DNA of 64,000 nt, taken from the NCBI GenBank assembly GCA_013239625.1, contig MU053365.1:1956115-2020114 (forward strand). The letters run 5' to 3'. The stretch is from Lama guanicoe. Lineage: Eukaryota. Each line of letters begins with the position of its first letter. Position 1 is the first letter of the stretch. The notes beneath the pieces were generated by a model that saw only the letters and a list, made by a program, of their open reading frames with translations, was not told the DNA's origin and did no database searches. Positions 13,685 through 27,254 of this stretch are shown here, one piece after another. Both the position numbers and the translations under genes were made by a program.

Positions 13685-14240
13685 ATTCATTTAATAGATG
13701 TTTACTGAGAGCCTACAATGTGTTTAGATAGTATGCTAGTTGCTAGAGATACAGAAATGAACACACAGCCAATCTAGTAACTAACTCCATGAAATATAGT
13801 ATAGTGAGGGAAACAGAAAATCAAGCACATAAGTTACAATTAAAAGCTGTGCTGAGGCCCTATAAAATATATGTCTTTTTGTTTTGTTTTGTTTTATGAG
13901 GGGGAGGTAATTAGGTTTATTTATTTACTTCTATTTGGAGGAGGTACTGAGGATTGAACCCAGGACCTCGTGCATGCTAAGCATGCACTCTACCACTTGA
14001 GCTATACCCTCCCCCTGAGGCTCTATAACATAAATGAAGGTGCTAATGTGAGTATGCTGTCAAGGATTCTTTTAAAATATAGGGTTCAAGGAATATTTCT
14101 TTTGAAGAATTTCTGGTGAAAGATGGATATAATATAGTGTTGCAAAGAATGGAAGGGAAAGTGTTCCAGATGCAGTGAAGGTGCCAGAGTGGAAGAGGGT
14201 TTGAGCATGCTCTAGATGTGCATTTGAGCATGGTTACAGC
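13685..14240 (-). mobile_element. L2 3' end, interrupted by a SINE
   Basis: attcatttaatagatgtttactgagagcctacaatgtg is the antisense L2 tail. Confidence 0.7.
13874..14014 (-). mobile_element. tRNA-derived SINE, camelid vic-1-like
   Basis: Reverse complement ggggagggtatagctcaagtggtagagtgcatgcttagcatgcacgaggtcctgggttcaatcc carries A and B boxes and an A-rich tail. 22-bp TSD with 3 mismatches at 13852-13873 and 14015-14036. Confidence 0.9.
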
Positions 14241-14439
14241 CCCTGAAGAATATTAACATTGACTAAATATGTACTCTCAGAGGGTAGGACATCTGTTGGG
14301 AGGGGAATCTCTTAGTACAGAGTAGTATGAGCTGGCACAACTGGCAGGTTATGACTAATTAGATGTAGGTAGTCTTAGACAGCATGCCATTGAAGGTATG
14401 GCAAAAAGGCAAGTCAAAAGCCAGCGTAAAGGGAGTCAG

Positions 14440-15235
14440 GCTAAATCTAGTATCTATCAATAGATAGTGATAATAATGACTTACAACCCATAAAATTCAT
14501 GAGTCCACACTGAAAAAAAAAAAAGAATACAGAAATGGAGACCAAAAAAAGCTCTTCCTTTAGTACCATGTCAACAATCAGTAAATATAAAAGGAATAAT
14601 GAGATTAGAAAATCTACATCTGGCAACAATTATAGTAGCAATTCAAGCATAAAACAGCAAGAAATGTTAAAAATTATTGGGTAAGATTGACAAAAAATGG
14701 AATTTTTTTATCATCTGAAAGTATCTACCCATAAAATGCTTAAAATAACTGTACAGCAGAGAAACCTGACCACCTCCATTTTAATGATGTGACTAATCAA
14801 ATGAGAAAAGTTACCACCACCAGTAATAAGGCAAACAGATATTACTTCCCACCTTATGTGCGATAAGAAGAAATAAACTTTGTGACAGAGACCCTGGCCA
14901 AATATGCATAACCTAAATCTAAGATTAAGAAAACACTGGGCAACTCCAATTGGAGGGACATATTAGAAAATGAATGGCCTGCACTCTTTAAGGGTATCAA
15001 GGTGCTCAAAGTCAAGGAAATATTGAGGAATAAGCTATTCTAGATTTAAAGAAACTAAAAAGACATAACAATGGCGTGAAACTCATGATCTTGGAATTCT
15101 TTTCTCTATAAATGATATCATTGGGACACATGGTGAAAGTTGAATTAGGTCTCTGGGCAACTAATATACAAGAGTTCTTTGTGCCTTAAAACTTTTCTGC
15201 AAGTTTGTTTTACTTTTTCTCTTGGAAAAATATCA
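14440..15235 (+). mobile_element. L1MC-like 3' UTR region
   Basis: ataaaattcatgagtccacactg, acagcagagaaacctgac, tgcataacctaaatctaa, aatggcctgcactcttt. Confidence 0.7.
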
Positions 15236-15369
15236 AACAATGAGAACAACAGTGTCCTGGCTGAGGCTCCAGAAGATAGCTCTGAAGGAAAAATTGCAAC
15301 TCTGCTAAAGTCATTTTTTTTTAAAAGCCAATGTGGATAGAACACGAGTACACAGGAAAGTGGGAGATT

Positions 15370-15740
15370 CACAAATTGTACAAGGCTTTGTAAACCGAGA
15401 TAAAGCTTACGAAATTTTAAGATCACTAAGAAACTATTGAATTGTAAGCTAGGGTGTTATAAAGACTAGTCTGGGGACCATACAAAGACTATAGTGGGGG
15501 GAAGTGGAGAGAATGAAATCAAGGAGACCAGATCGGTTTGCAGTTGTCCATATGAGAGGTGACTGCAGCCTTCATTAAACAGAGGCAGTGCAGAGATTTT
15601 AAAAGGTACAATAGACAAGACATAGTGATGGGTGGAGGGAGTGAGAAAAAGATAGCAAAACAATTCCTGGCTTGAGCTTCCAGCTGGGTGACGGTGCCCT
15701 TTAATGAGGGAGGGGTTTGTCTAGGGGAATGAACAAGTTA
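15370..15740 (-). mobile_element. L2 fragment
   Basis: Purine-rich antisense L2 motifs (caaggagaccag...gcagttgtcc...ttcctggcttgagc). Confidence 0.6.
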
Positions 15741-16482
15741 TTGAGCAGGTTTATTCAATGTATTAAACAAGAATCTTGCAGATGGCATTGTTTTTCTTTT
15801 TTGTTTTAATTTAGCATAATAATTTATCTCACTTGGTAAATAGTTGAATAGTTCCTATGGAGCATGAGAGTACATGATTATAAATGTTCGATAAGCATTG
15901 AAGTCTGCCACCAGTTAATTAAACATCCCTGGCTGGACTACTTCTCTGGGTCATAATGTCGTGACTGGTACCATATTTAACTTCATAATCTAAACAACTT
16001 CAACACTGGGCAAAACAAATATGGCAACCACTTTCAGGCTTTGAGTCAAAGACAGCAAAGAATACAATATTTGAGAGACGGAAACAGAGGAAGTGAGGTC
16101 TTTGCTCATCCAGTCTCCACACCTGATTAAAGTTTCCCAAACCACAGCACATGGAGATTGAGCCCAAGCAAAGCACAAAAATCCCACCAAAAAGTGTGGA
16201 GGCAGAGATTAAAACTCAGGAGTGCTCCAGGGGCTGGAGTCTGTAGGGCTGGGTACTAGTAAGAAAGCAGCTGCGCAGAGCAGGAGGACTGGGTCTCTCT
16301 GCATGGGGGGGTGTTGCTGTGCAAATCTTCACAAGCCATTTGGCTGAGGGCTCGTATGTGTGCAGGGCAAAACTTACTAAGCCCAAGCAGAGTTTAGCTA
16401 CTCTTGGGTTGAGGGTGGAATAGAGATATTAATGGTCACATAGTGCTGGGAAACAAAGTTCTGGCCCTCTAGAATGGAAACA

Positions 16483-16656
16483 CAGTTGACCCTGGAACTT
16501 AGCCAGTCCTCCCTCTCCATAGTTCCTCTGTCAGAATTTCTGCATCTGCAGCTTCAACCAACTGCAGTTCGAGTGGTACTATAGTAATTTCTGTTGAAAA
16601 ATCCACAGATAAGTGGATCCACGCAGGTCAAACTCATGATGTTTAAGGGGCAACTG
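16483..16656. mobile_element. Tigger-type MITE (MER8-like)
   Basis: TIRs cagttgaccctggaac and gtttaaggggcaactg, followed by TA. Confidence 0.8.
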
Positions 16657-17137
16657 TATCCCTAACACTCCCTACATTCAGCTGAAATGTACAAAAGTAC
16701 TTGATTTAGGATTAAGGACCACACTCTAGAGCAACGGCTACTCTACAGGTACCTTAAGTGCTTAAAAACGAACCCTAATGAGATCAAGAAGAGATTATAA
16801 CTAACTTCCAGCCAGAAAAAAAGCCAACAAAAAAACAACAACTGAACACTACTTAAAGGAAGTTAACATAATTTAGGCTCATTTCAGTGTATCATTTACA
16901 ATGTTTAGCATGTAAGAAAACAATTAAGATTTATGAAAAAGTAGAAAATTCTGAACCATAACCAAGGAAAAAGCCATCAGTGGAAATACCAAGTTGATAT
17001 AGATGTTGGGATTTGCAGACAAAGACTTTAAAGCAATTCTTACATTTAAGACCATGACAGAGAACATGGTCTTAAGGCATGAACAATTAGAGAATGCTTA
17101 GCAGAGACATGGAAACGAATTACAACTTCCAAATATA

Positions 17138-17487
17138 TTATGCTTAGGGTCATAAGTCAGACGGAAAGACAAATACTGTATGTTATCACTTATATGTGGA
17201 ATCTAAAAAAAATGAAACAAAATGAATCAATACAAACAAAGCAGAAACAGACTCAGAGATATTGAGAACAGACTAGTGGTTACTAGAGGGGGAGGGGCAA
17301 GAGAGGAGTAAGAGATTAAGAGGTACAAACTATTATGTATAAAATAAGCTACAATGATATATTGTACACCACAGGGAACACAGTCAATATAATTATTTAA
17401 AATGGGTTATCATCTATAAAAATAGTGTCACTGTGTTGTACACATCAAAGTAATGTAATATTGTAAATCCACTATACTTCAATAAAA
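17138..17487 (+). mobile_element. Younger 5'-truncated L1 3' end
   Basis: tcacttatatgtggaatctaaaa ... tatacttcaataaaa. Perfect 14-bp TSD aacttccaaatata at 17124-17137 and 17488-17501. Confidence 0.92.
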
Positions 17488-18010
17488 AACTTCCAAATAT
17501 AAATTCCAGAACTGAAAAGTTCAATATCTGAAATGTTAAAAAGATCACTGAGTGAGTTTTAAAAGCGCATTAGTAATGGCAGAGTCAGTAGCTTGAGGAC
17601 AAAGCCTTTTGTCAAATTTGAAGAAAAGCAACAGCAAAGAAAAACAGTCTAGGAACCGCACACAAAATATTAAGCAGTGTTAACACATATCATTGGAATA
17701 CCAGAAGAAGAGAGAATGGATAGAAAATTACTGGAGGAAATAACGGTTGAAAATTCTCAATTTAGTAAAATCCAACTATTTACAGATCCAAGAAGCTCAC
17801 TGAAATTTAAGATATACACAAAGAAAACCACATCTAAGCACACTGGAGTCAAACTGATGAACACCAAAGTTAAAGACAAAAACTTTAAGGCAATCAGAGG
17901 GGAAAATGATAGGGAACAAAAATCTAAATGATGGCTCATTCATCATTAGTAATAAGGGATATCAGAAGAAAAGGAAAGAACATATTTAAGTGCTAAAAGT
18001 AAAAGGTATT

Positions 18011-19521
18011 TATATTTTCAAATTAGTGATTTCATTTTTTTTCTGGATATAAACCCAGGAGTGGGTTGCTGGATCATGTGGCAGTTCTATTTTAGTTTTT
18101 AAAGGAACCTCCATATTGTTCTCCATAGTGGTTGCACCAATTTATAGTCCTACCAACAGTGTATGAGGGTTCCCTTTGCTCTAAATCCTCTCCAACATTT
18201 GTTATTTGTAGACTTTTTAATGACGGCCATTCTGACTGCTGTGAGGTGATACCTCATTGTAATTTTGATTTGCATTTCTCTAATAATTAGTGATGTAGAG
18301 CATCTTCTCATGTGCCTGTTAACCATGTGTTTGTCTTTGGCAAAATGTCTATTCAGGCCTTCTGCTCATTTTTTTGATTGAGCTGTTTTGTTTTGTTTTG
18401 TTTTGTTTTGTTTTGTTTTGTTTTGTTTTAGTTGAGCTGTATGAGCTGTTTGTTTATTTTGGAAATTAAGCCCTTGTTGGTTGCATTGTTTGCAAATATT
18501 TTCTCCTATTCTGTAAACCGGTTGTCTTTTCATTTTGCCAGGGGTGTCCTTTGATGTGTAGGACCTTTTAAGCTTAATTAGGTTCCATTTGTTTATTTTT
18601 TACTTTTATTTCATTTTCCTTAGGAGACTGATCCAAGAAAATATGCTACACTTTATGTCAAAGAGTGTTCTCCTTATGTTCTCTTCTAGGATATTTACTG
18701 TTTCAGATCCTACATTTAGGTCTTTAAACCACTTTGAGTTTATTTTTGTATATACTGTGAGAGAATGATCTAATTTCATTATTTTACATGTGGCTGTCCA
18801 GTTTTCCCAGCACCACTTGTTGAAAAGACTGTCTTTTCTCCATTGTATATTCTTGGCTCCTTTATTATAGATTAATTGACCATAGGTACGTGGGTTTATT
18901 TCTGAGCTCTCTATCCTGTTCCACTGTTTTATGTGTCTTTTTGTGCCAGTATTATACTATCTTAATTACTACAGCTTTGTAGTATAGTCTGAAGTCTGGG
19001 AGGGTTATTCCTCCATCTTTGTTCTTTTTTCTCAGGATTGCTTTGGCAATCCAAGTCTTTTGTGGTTCCTTATGAATTTAGGATTATTTGTTCTAGTTCT
19101 GTGAAAAATGTCATGGGTATTTTGGTAGGCATTGATAAAATCTACAGATTGCTTCAGGTAGTATGGCCATTTTTGACAATATTAATTATTCCAATCCAAG
19201 AGCATGAGATATCTTTTAATTGTTTAGAATCATCTTCAGTTTCCTTCATCAACGTTTTATAGTTGGAGTATAGGCCTTTCACCTCCTTGGTTAAGTTTAT
19301 TTCTAGGTATTTTTTGACATGGTTTTAAATGGGATTTTTTTCCTCTTTATCTCTCTGATAGTTCATTATTAGTTTACAGAAACAGAATAGATATCTTTAG
19401 GTTGATCTTGTATACTGCAACCTTGCTAAATTCATTTATTAGTTCTAATAGTTTTTAGGCAGAGACTTTAGGGTTGTCTACATAGAGTATCATGTCATCT
19501 GCAAATAGTTAACAGATTTAC
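18011..19521 (-). mobile_element. L1 ORF2 segment (FADD motif to C-terminal region), inverted
   Basis: Reverse complement at ~19470-19510 reads [20 protein letters not shown]-type region at ~18250. Confidence 0.95.
18385..18429 (+). repeat. (GTTTT)9 microsatellite inside L1
   Basis: Direct count. Confidence 0.95.
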
Positions 19522-20760
19522 ATGCACCCCAATTTTCATAGCAGCACTATTTACAATCACCAAGACATGGATGAAACTAAAAGCTGGTTCTTTGAAAAGA
19601 TGAACAAAATAGATAAACCTCGAGCCAGACTCAAGGAAAAAAGGGAGAGGGCCCAAATTAGTAAAATCAGAAATGAAAAAGGAAAAGTGACAGCTGACAC
19701 CACACAAATATGAAGGATCATAAGAGACTACTACAAACAACTATATGCCAATAAAATGGACAACCTTAGAAGAACTGGAGAAAGTCTTAGAAAGGTATAA
19801 TCTCCCAAGACTAAACCAGGAAGAAATAGAAACTACAAAGAGACCAGTTACCAGTACTGAACTTGAATCCGTAATTTACAAACTCCCAACAAACAGAAGT
19901 CCAAGACCAAATTGCTTCACAGGCAAATTCTACCAGACATTTAAAGAAGAGTTAACATCTATCCTTCTGAAATATTCCAAAAAGTTGCAGAGGAAGAAAC
20001 ATTTCTGAACTCATTCTATGGGGCCACCGTTACCCTGATACCAAAGTCAGACAAAGATATCACAAAAAGAGAAAATTACACTGATGAACACAGATGCAAA
20101 AATCCTCAGCAAAATACTAGCAAACCAAACCCAACAATATATTAGAAGAATCATACACCATGATCGAGTGGGATTTATCCCAGGGAGGCAAGGATTTTTC
20201 AGTATTAGCAAATCAATGTGATACACCATATTAACAAATTGAATAAAAACCATATGATCATCTCAGTAGATGTAGAAAAAAAATTGATAAAATTCAATAT
20301 CCATTTATGATAAAAACTCTCCAGAAAATGGGCATAGAGGGAACATACCTCAACATAATAAACATAATCAAGACCATATATGACAAACCCACAGCTACCA
20401 TCACACCCAGTGGTGAAAGGTTGAAAGCATTTCCTCTTAGATCAGGAAGAAGATAAGGATGCCCACTTTCACCACTTTTATTCAGCACAGTTTTGGAAAT
20501 CCTAGCCACAGTAATCAGAGAAGAAAAAGAAATAAAATGAATTCATATTGGAAAAGAAGTGAAATTGTCACTGTTTGCAGATGACATGATACTACACATA
20601 GAAAATCCTAAAGATGCTACCAAAACACTACTAGAGCTCATCAATGAATTTGGTAAAGTTGCAGGATAAAAAATTAATGTACAGAAATCTTGCATTTCCA
20701 TCCGCTAACAATAAAATATCAGAAAGAGAAATTAAAGAAACAATCCTATTTACCATTGCA
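19519..20760 (+). mobile_element. L1 sense segments: ~50 bp of late ORF2, then an upstream ORF2/RT segment from a second L1
   Basis: ORFs ETKSWFFEKMNKIDKP and LERYNLPRLNQEEIE...[17 protein letters not shown] at ~20571-20594. Confidence 0.95.
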
Positions 20761-23339
20761 TTGCAGTAACCAAGACAGTGTGGTAATGATGTCCAAAGGG
20801 AGAAAAAGTCACTGAGAGCAAAGCAAATATCCCTTACTGTTTGATCAGAAATTTGTATAACTAATCCTTAGACTTCTCCTTGGTGATATTAACAGATATT
20901 TTCATTGATTTGGCCTATCACTTTTTAAACCTAAGAAAATATAAAAGTGTATGGAAAAGCCCTCATAAAGATAAAATGTAATATTATATAATTTACAATA
21001 CCAACCCAGTAACAATGATCTCTTATAAGATTTTAAACAACATTCTAACCTTCTACTAAAGGATTCTGGACTACTGGATTCTCAAAGGAACTAGAATAGA
21101 AATAAAAGAAAGTATATACAAACCTTCATGGGCATTTTCCCACTCCCGGGAGAAAGCCTAAATGTCATAACCATAAAAAAAAGAATTGCTATAGCTTGAT
21201 ATTCAAATAATAATAATAGTAAAAGTAATAATAATTCTATCTTTAAAGACAGAAGTTGAATTCTATTAATCTCTCCTGGGAAAATAAGAATGCCATTGAA
21301 ATGTACAGTAAGTACACTGGGCTCTGCATGTGGGAGTTTGAAATTATTTCCTGACTCTTAGATAAGAATTTCTCTAATGATTTAATTTGTATGTTTTGGA
21401 ATAGCCTGCACACTGAGATGGGGTTTAGAAATTACTCCCCACACCCTTTTTTTAGACTAACAGTCTTCAAGTAGTTATAGAACTAAACTAGTGATTCAAG
21501 GCATCCTGCACCAAAATTGGTAACTTGTGTCTCATATTCATAAAAGTGGGGCAGGGTCATGTTTAAGTCCTGTAGTAATTGCTGATTCTACACTGTTGCA
21601 TTCATGTGAAATTATTTCTAGGAACCAGGATTTTCTTTTTGCCTTCAAAGTCACCTAAGACACCAGGATTTTTATTTTGTATTTGATCCTAGTGTGAAGG
21701 AACTCAGAAAGTGAAAGACCTTTTGTTCGCTAAAACAAAAATAGTACTTTGAGAGCCATTTTCTCCCTAGGAGATTTATTATAGTTTATTATATATCTGA
21801 TATCCAGCACAAAGAGAACTGAGAGTTGAATAAAAAGATTTTTTCTCATTTTACTCTTCATTGGGAATTGAGCCATTTCTAGCATTGTCTCATGTAATTC
21901 ACAGAAATAAGAATTCTGTGTAGAAGTCCCATGGTGTTTCATATGCTCAAACATATTAGCAGCATCTCTTCCATTCCTGTCTTGGCCACAAGAAGGTATT
22001 GGTTGTACTACACTATACCTCAGATTATAGTAGATTTGGGGTCTACTAGCTGCACTGTCAATATTTTAGGTTTGTTTTTCACACATACTCATTTCAGTGA
22101 AAAGTAAGTAAATAAAGTCAACCAGCTATTTAGCAAATAATCACCAACACACTCAAGTTTGACTGAACTTGCCACATTTCAATTGGTTTTATGGACACTA
22201 TGTAGACAAAGGATAATTTCAGGAGAAAGAATACTAGGTCTACAGTACTAAGACCCAGATTTACTGGAACTTAAATCACAAAATACTGAAATAACTGGTG
22301 AGTTTGCAAATGGAAGGACGAGGAGATCCAGCACCGATTAGACTCTAAATCACAGTTCATGGGAGCATCGTGATTATGAAAACTCTTCAAGTACAGACAC
22401 CTCCTACTTTATACCAGCAATCCGTTCTTAAAAATAATGTTGCCTAAAAACACTGACCAGGAGCTTATTTCCCATCATTTAAAATGAGAAATAGTATATA
22501 ATGGATTTCCTATCAACCCCAAGCTCCTAACCAACTTCCTTTAAGGTGATCGGTAAAACTTAAATAACTGTTATCATGTGATGTGCCAAATGCTTAAAAC
22601 ATTACTTCCTGATAATTGAACAATTAAAATGGTTTTAAGTAGCTTCTGTGTATGCTGTTACATGGCCTCTCTTTGCACAAAGAACTTTCATGACTCACAT
22701 CCCCTTTGTTGACATTTGGTGTAGTTTTAAAGATTTCTACATGTGACTCTGATATTCTACAAATAATGTCTAGAATGAAACTCAAAACTGTTAGAAATAT
22801 TGTATTGAGTTTTTGTGACCTAAATATAAAATTTTCCTATAAAAGCAGTGGCCAGAAAAAACAAATGAAACATTGAAATGAAAACAAATATATTCCATGC
22901 ATTTGGGGTATTTAAAGCCAAGCAGTATTCTATAGAAAAATTTTGACAGGAAAACATTCTGTGGGGGATGTCTATAGAATAAAAACTAGTCCTACAGGTC
23001 TTCATACACCAGAGAAAGAGGAATCTAAAGAATAATATCAGCTAATATCAATATAAAATACAAATGAATGAGTTGAGAAGCAAAAACACAGGTTGGTTAA
23101 AAATTATGAAGAATACAACGTAAGAAATCTTTTCTGACTTGCAACAACATCCACACACCCACACACATCCACACACAAAGATACCCTCTTCAACTCCCTT
23201 GTCCTGTTACACTCCCCCTGTGCCTGCTTTACATGTGCCAAACCTCGGATCAAGTCAACTATTTACACTCTGTATTTATAATGCATTATATGAAGTATTA
23301 TGAGAAAGAAACGCAATTATAGTGAATAATTCTTGATTT

Positions 23340-23765
23340 TGTCTGGCTTAGGTTCAGCTTAAATGACCCAGACGACAACAAAATGGCTTAAGCAAATTTA
23401 TCTCTGTCCCATATAAATGAAGTCTAGAGTTAGTCATTCCACCAATCTGAACCCATGAATTCAACCTCATGATTCAAAATGGCTACTTAAGCTCCAGCCA
23501 TTATGTCCACATTTCAGCCAGCAGGATGAAGGTAGGGGATATATGGGTGTGCCTTCTCCATTTAAAGACACACCCAGAAAGTTGCTCATAACATTTCTAC
23601 TTACACCCTGTTGGTCAAAACTTAGTAATGTATCCACTCCTAAGTTCAAAGTAGTCTAAGAAATGTAGTATTTATTCTGGATATCTACATGGCCAAACAA
23701 AAATCAGGGTTTCTACTACTAAAGAAGGAAGTGAGACATTTAGGGACAACTAGTATTTTCTCTGT
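23340..23765 (-). mobile_element. Old MaLR LTR (MLT1J/K-like)
   Basis: caaaatggctac...gctccagccattatgtccacatttcagccagcagga; acatttctacttacaccctgttggtcaaaacttagt. Confidence 0.75.
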
Positions 23766-23790
23766 AATATTACAAATTCATGGTATACCT

Positions 23791-23999
23791 TAGAGTTCAG
23801 CAAACTATAGCCCAGGGGCCAAATTCAGCCTGGATGTAAAGTTTAATTCCTACAACCATACCTAGTCTTCTTGTATATGACTGTGTTTGGGCTACAATGG
23901 CAAAGTTGAATAATTGTGGCAGAGACCATATGGGTCTGCAAAGGGTAAAGTACTTATCATATGGCCCTTTACAGAAAAAAAAAAAATTGCTGACCCCTT
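23791..23999 (-). mobile_element. MER58-like hAT MITE
   Basis: tcagcaaactatagccc...ggccctttacagaaaa...ttgctgacccc, with degenerate TIRs. Confidence 0.85.
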
Positions 24000-25594
24000 A
24001 TGACAAAGAGTCAACAGATCTCTCAGTCCCTGCTACCTCATTTGTCTCTACATCTTATTTGTGGGCTTTTTATCCATTTCTTAAACAATGATATTCCCAA
24101 GGCATTGACCTTTGTTTTAATCTCACTGTCTACAATCTACCAGGACAATCTCATTTGCCAAATAAGGAAGATGTCTTTGCTTGGAGCTGATGGTATTGTT
24201 CTGATGAAAGTTAAGTAGAAGTAGAAATGCATCACTTTCTATTTTAATTTTGTATTCTCTATTGAGGTAACTATTGCTTATACTGAAAAAAATAATAAAG
24301 GAAAAGGTGGGTTAAAAGATTGTAAAATGGTACAGAGCTCTTCTTAATTATCTCTTGCCCTCATCAAATCGTCTCTCAAGGGATTGAAAGAACATGTACA
24401 TGAGTTTGCCTAGCTACTGTAGGTTATATTTGAATAATCAAAGAAAATGAGATTTTGAAAGGTTTGAGACACATGATATTCTAATTTCCCAGAAGAAAAA
24501 TGTGATTTCTACTAAATTTATTCTAGCAATATTGATACCATTATAAAAATTCTGGAATGATTTATTACAGAGATGGTATGTGAGCACCAAAGTATTAGAG
24601 ATGAATAAAGCATCTCAATTTGAGCCTTAGATTTAATATTTTACTCTAACATTAAGCACTATCTCTAAATTAACATATAATTCTCAATACTGTCAATAAA
24701 ATTAAAATTAATAAAAATTAATAATTTGTTCAGAAGACACATGAAAGTATATTTTCCTTTTCAGTAGCTTTTTTGAAATATGCATATTATAGTATCAATT
24801 TAAATTTTTTACTATTTTATTATTGCCAACTTTAAATATTTTTTTCATATGAAGTTATTTAACTATATACCTTAGTGTCAGGCAACACATTTGTGTTCTT
24901 CAATGAAAATTGAGAAAATAGATTTTTATAAGAAAATTATAACCCAAAGATGCAAATTCACATGAGTAAAGTATGGTTAAAATGAAAAAGTAATAAGAAT
25001 ATGTAAAAATAAAGCACTCTTATATGGATAGTTTCTAATTGATTATTCTCTGTCATTCAGTTGTGCTTGATTTTGATGTATGAATTATCAGAATACAAAT
25101 TTGAGCAACTATATTTAGTTTTGCAACCCTGGCAGCTCTCAGTACCATAGCAGACATCATTGGTGTTTGTATTGGAAGCAACTAGAATTGACTGTATCAA
25201 GTATGCCAAAAATAGTACAACTAGAAAGTTACAGCAATGACTACCAGCACGATGAATGCTTCAGTAAAAACAAAGCTTTTTTCCTTGATGACCCAGGTTC
25301 CTTGAAACTTCTGATTTATTGATCTGGTTACAACTCCAGTTAAGAAAACTACACTCTGAGAGTACATGACTCATGAACAAACTGAGAATTAAATGAATAA
25401 CTTGAGACATCAAATCCCATTCATTTTGGGTAACTGCAGAACTGCAACTGGTCTTTAGGTGGTAATATCTTCTTTTTTTAATCAACAACATGGTGTTTCC
25501 CACTGAAATGAATGCATCTAAGGAGCCCACATTGAAGCTCAGTATGCAACTGATGTGTTCACTGCTACTGAAGTACAGATGTAGACATAGTAAG

Positions 25595-25820
25595 AACCAT
25601 TTATCACTTCCTGTGGGCCAGGCACTACCTCAGACTTTATCTGCATAATCCCATTGATTCTTCATATGTCTATAATGTAGGTCCAACTGGAACTATAACT
25701 TTCCTCATTTTACAGGTGAGAAAATAGAGGCTTACAACTCTCACAGGTAGTAAGTCATAGAACTTAGGTTCAAACCAACATTTGGCTTATCTCAAGACTC
25801 ATACTCTTAATTCCTCTGCT
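25595..25820 (-). mobile_element. MIR
   Basis: cattttacaggtgagaaaatagaggct core. Confidence 0.75.
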
Positions 25821-26049
25821 ATAAAAATTACACAATGATAGATACAGGAAAAAATGTGCCGAGTTCCAAAGACAACGTTACAAACAGAAGCCTATTTTAT
25901 TTCAATAATGAGTTTGGCTGAAAGACAAGCAAGGTGTACTTTGAAACCTTCCTAAGATGTTCAGTTTCCTGTATGTTGTGACCTACCTATTCTGTAAGAG
26001 TTGTATCTCCTGCCACTTTCCCATTCATATTATTTGCTTTAAACGTTTC

Positions 26050-27010
26050 AAGGACTATATTTCCTCCAAAACACAATGTTCATTCACATCTCCATGTCTT
26101 TCCACACGGTGTCCCTTTAGCCTAGGATATTTTTTCCAAGGTTTCACCACATAGTAAATTCCTACTCATCTTTCAGGATGCAGTCTACATGCCCCAAGAT
26201 CCAGCAAGTAGCAGAGTTCAGAAAATTATGAACGAATGTGGCCTCTTTCCTGTTCACTCTTAAGGATATTTGGTACCTTCCAGTATCTTTGCTTATAGAG
26301 TCTTTTTTCGCCTTGTATACTATACTCCATCAATTGCTTACTCAAGAACCTTACTTACCACAATTTGTTCTTCATCCTCCACACCAGTGTTTATTCTCCA
26401 CTGGAGCACTCCCATCAGCATGGGAAAGTTCAATTATTTCTTTTGTAATAATTAAAAAAAAAAAAAACCTCTGTTAACTGCTCTCACCAGTCATTGAGTC
26501 ATTTCTCTGCTCCTTTTTATGAGAAAACTCATGAAAATTTGTCTATACTTGCTATTCATCTGTTCTCACCTGCTAATATCCTTGTATCCCTTGATCAGCC
26601 CACTCCAGGACCACCAGTAATCTTGTTATTCCACTAATGTCCTGAGAACACTCTCAACATCAAAGAGCACTTTCCCTTCTGACTTTAGTACTCTCCCCGA
26701 GATAGAAGCTTCCTCACTTCTTTTTGGACTCTGCTCAAATTTCATCTTCCTAGTGAGGCATCGGCTCAGTGCAATTAAAAGCAGAAACAAAAATAACACC
26801 TCCCAGCCCCAAGCATACCATGACCTTTAATCCTGCTATTCTGTAGTAATTACCACCATGTTATTTACTGTATGTTCACTTGTTTATTGGTCGTATTCCA
26901 TCACTAGAATTTAAGTTATTTGAAAGTGGGGAATTTATCTACTGCTATATCCTCAATGTCTAAAATTATCCATGGCACATAGTAGACCCTTAATACTTGA
27001 GCTAAATAAT
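26050..27010 (+). mobile_element. L2 fragments including the 3' tail
   Basis: cactagaatttaag...ggcacatagtagaccc tail. Confidence 0.7.
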
Positions 27011-27254
27011 TTATTGACTAATTGAATAATGGCTTAACGTTTATCAAATGCAAATTAAAGGGCATTTTATTCCTTGAAGTGACTAAGTTATTCATCTTGT
27101 TTTCTTCCATAGTCCTCTAATCAACAATAAAAGTTCTTATTGAATAGACAGAAAAAGATAGAAATACGAGTTTCAAAATAGGGGGCCCCTTGCTTGACCA
27201 TCATCTTCAATACAAAACTTTCTTCCCAGGTAATCCGAATATAAAAGGAAATAA

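Larger units (their letters stand above)
16010..18005 (+). mobile_element. Old L1 5'UTR/ORF1 remnant hosting nested insertions
   Basis: ORF 17677..17931 (IIGIPEEE...LLEEITVENS...KKTTSKH...VKLMNTK) is L1 ORF1p-like. The 5' boundary is uncertain. Confidence 0.75.

Noticed and set aside
13930..14014. Functional tRNA gene
   Set aside because: The tRNA-like head carries a SINE tail, an A-rich end and TSDs. The same applies at 60888.
22222..22302. 75-nt exon-like segment (ttcag|...ctg|gtgagt)
   Set aside because: Stops in all three frames, a weak pyrimidine tract and no other support.
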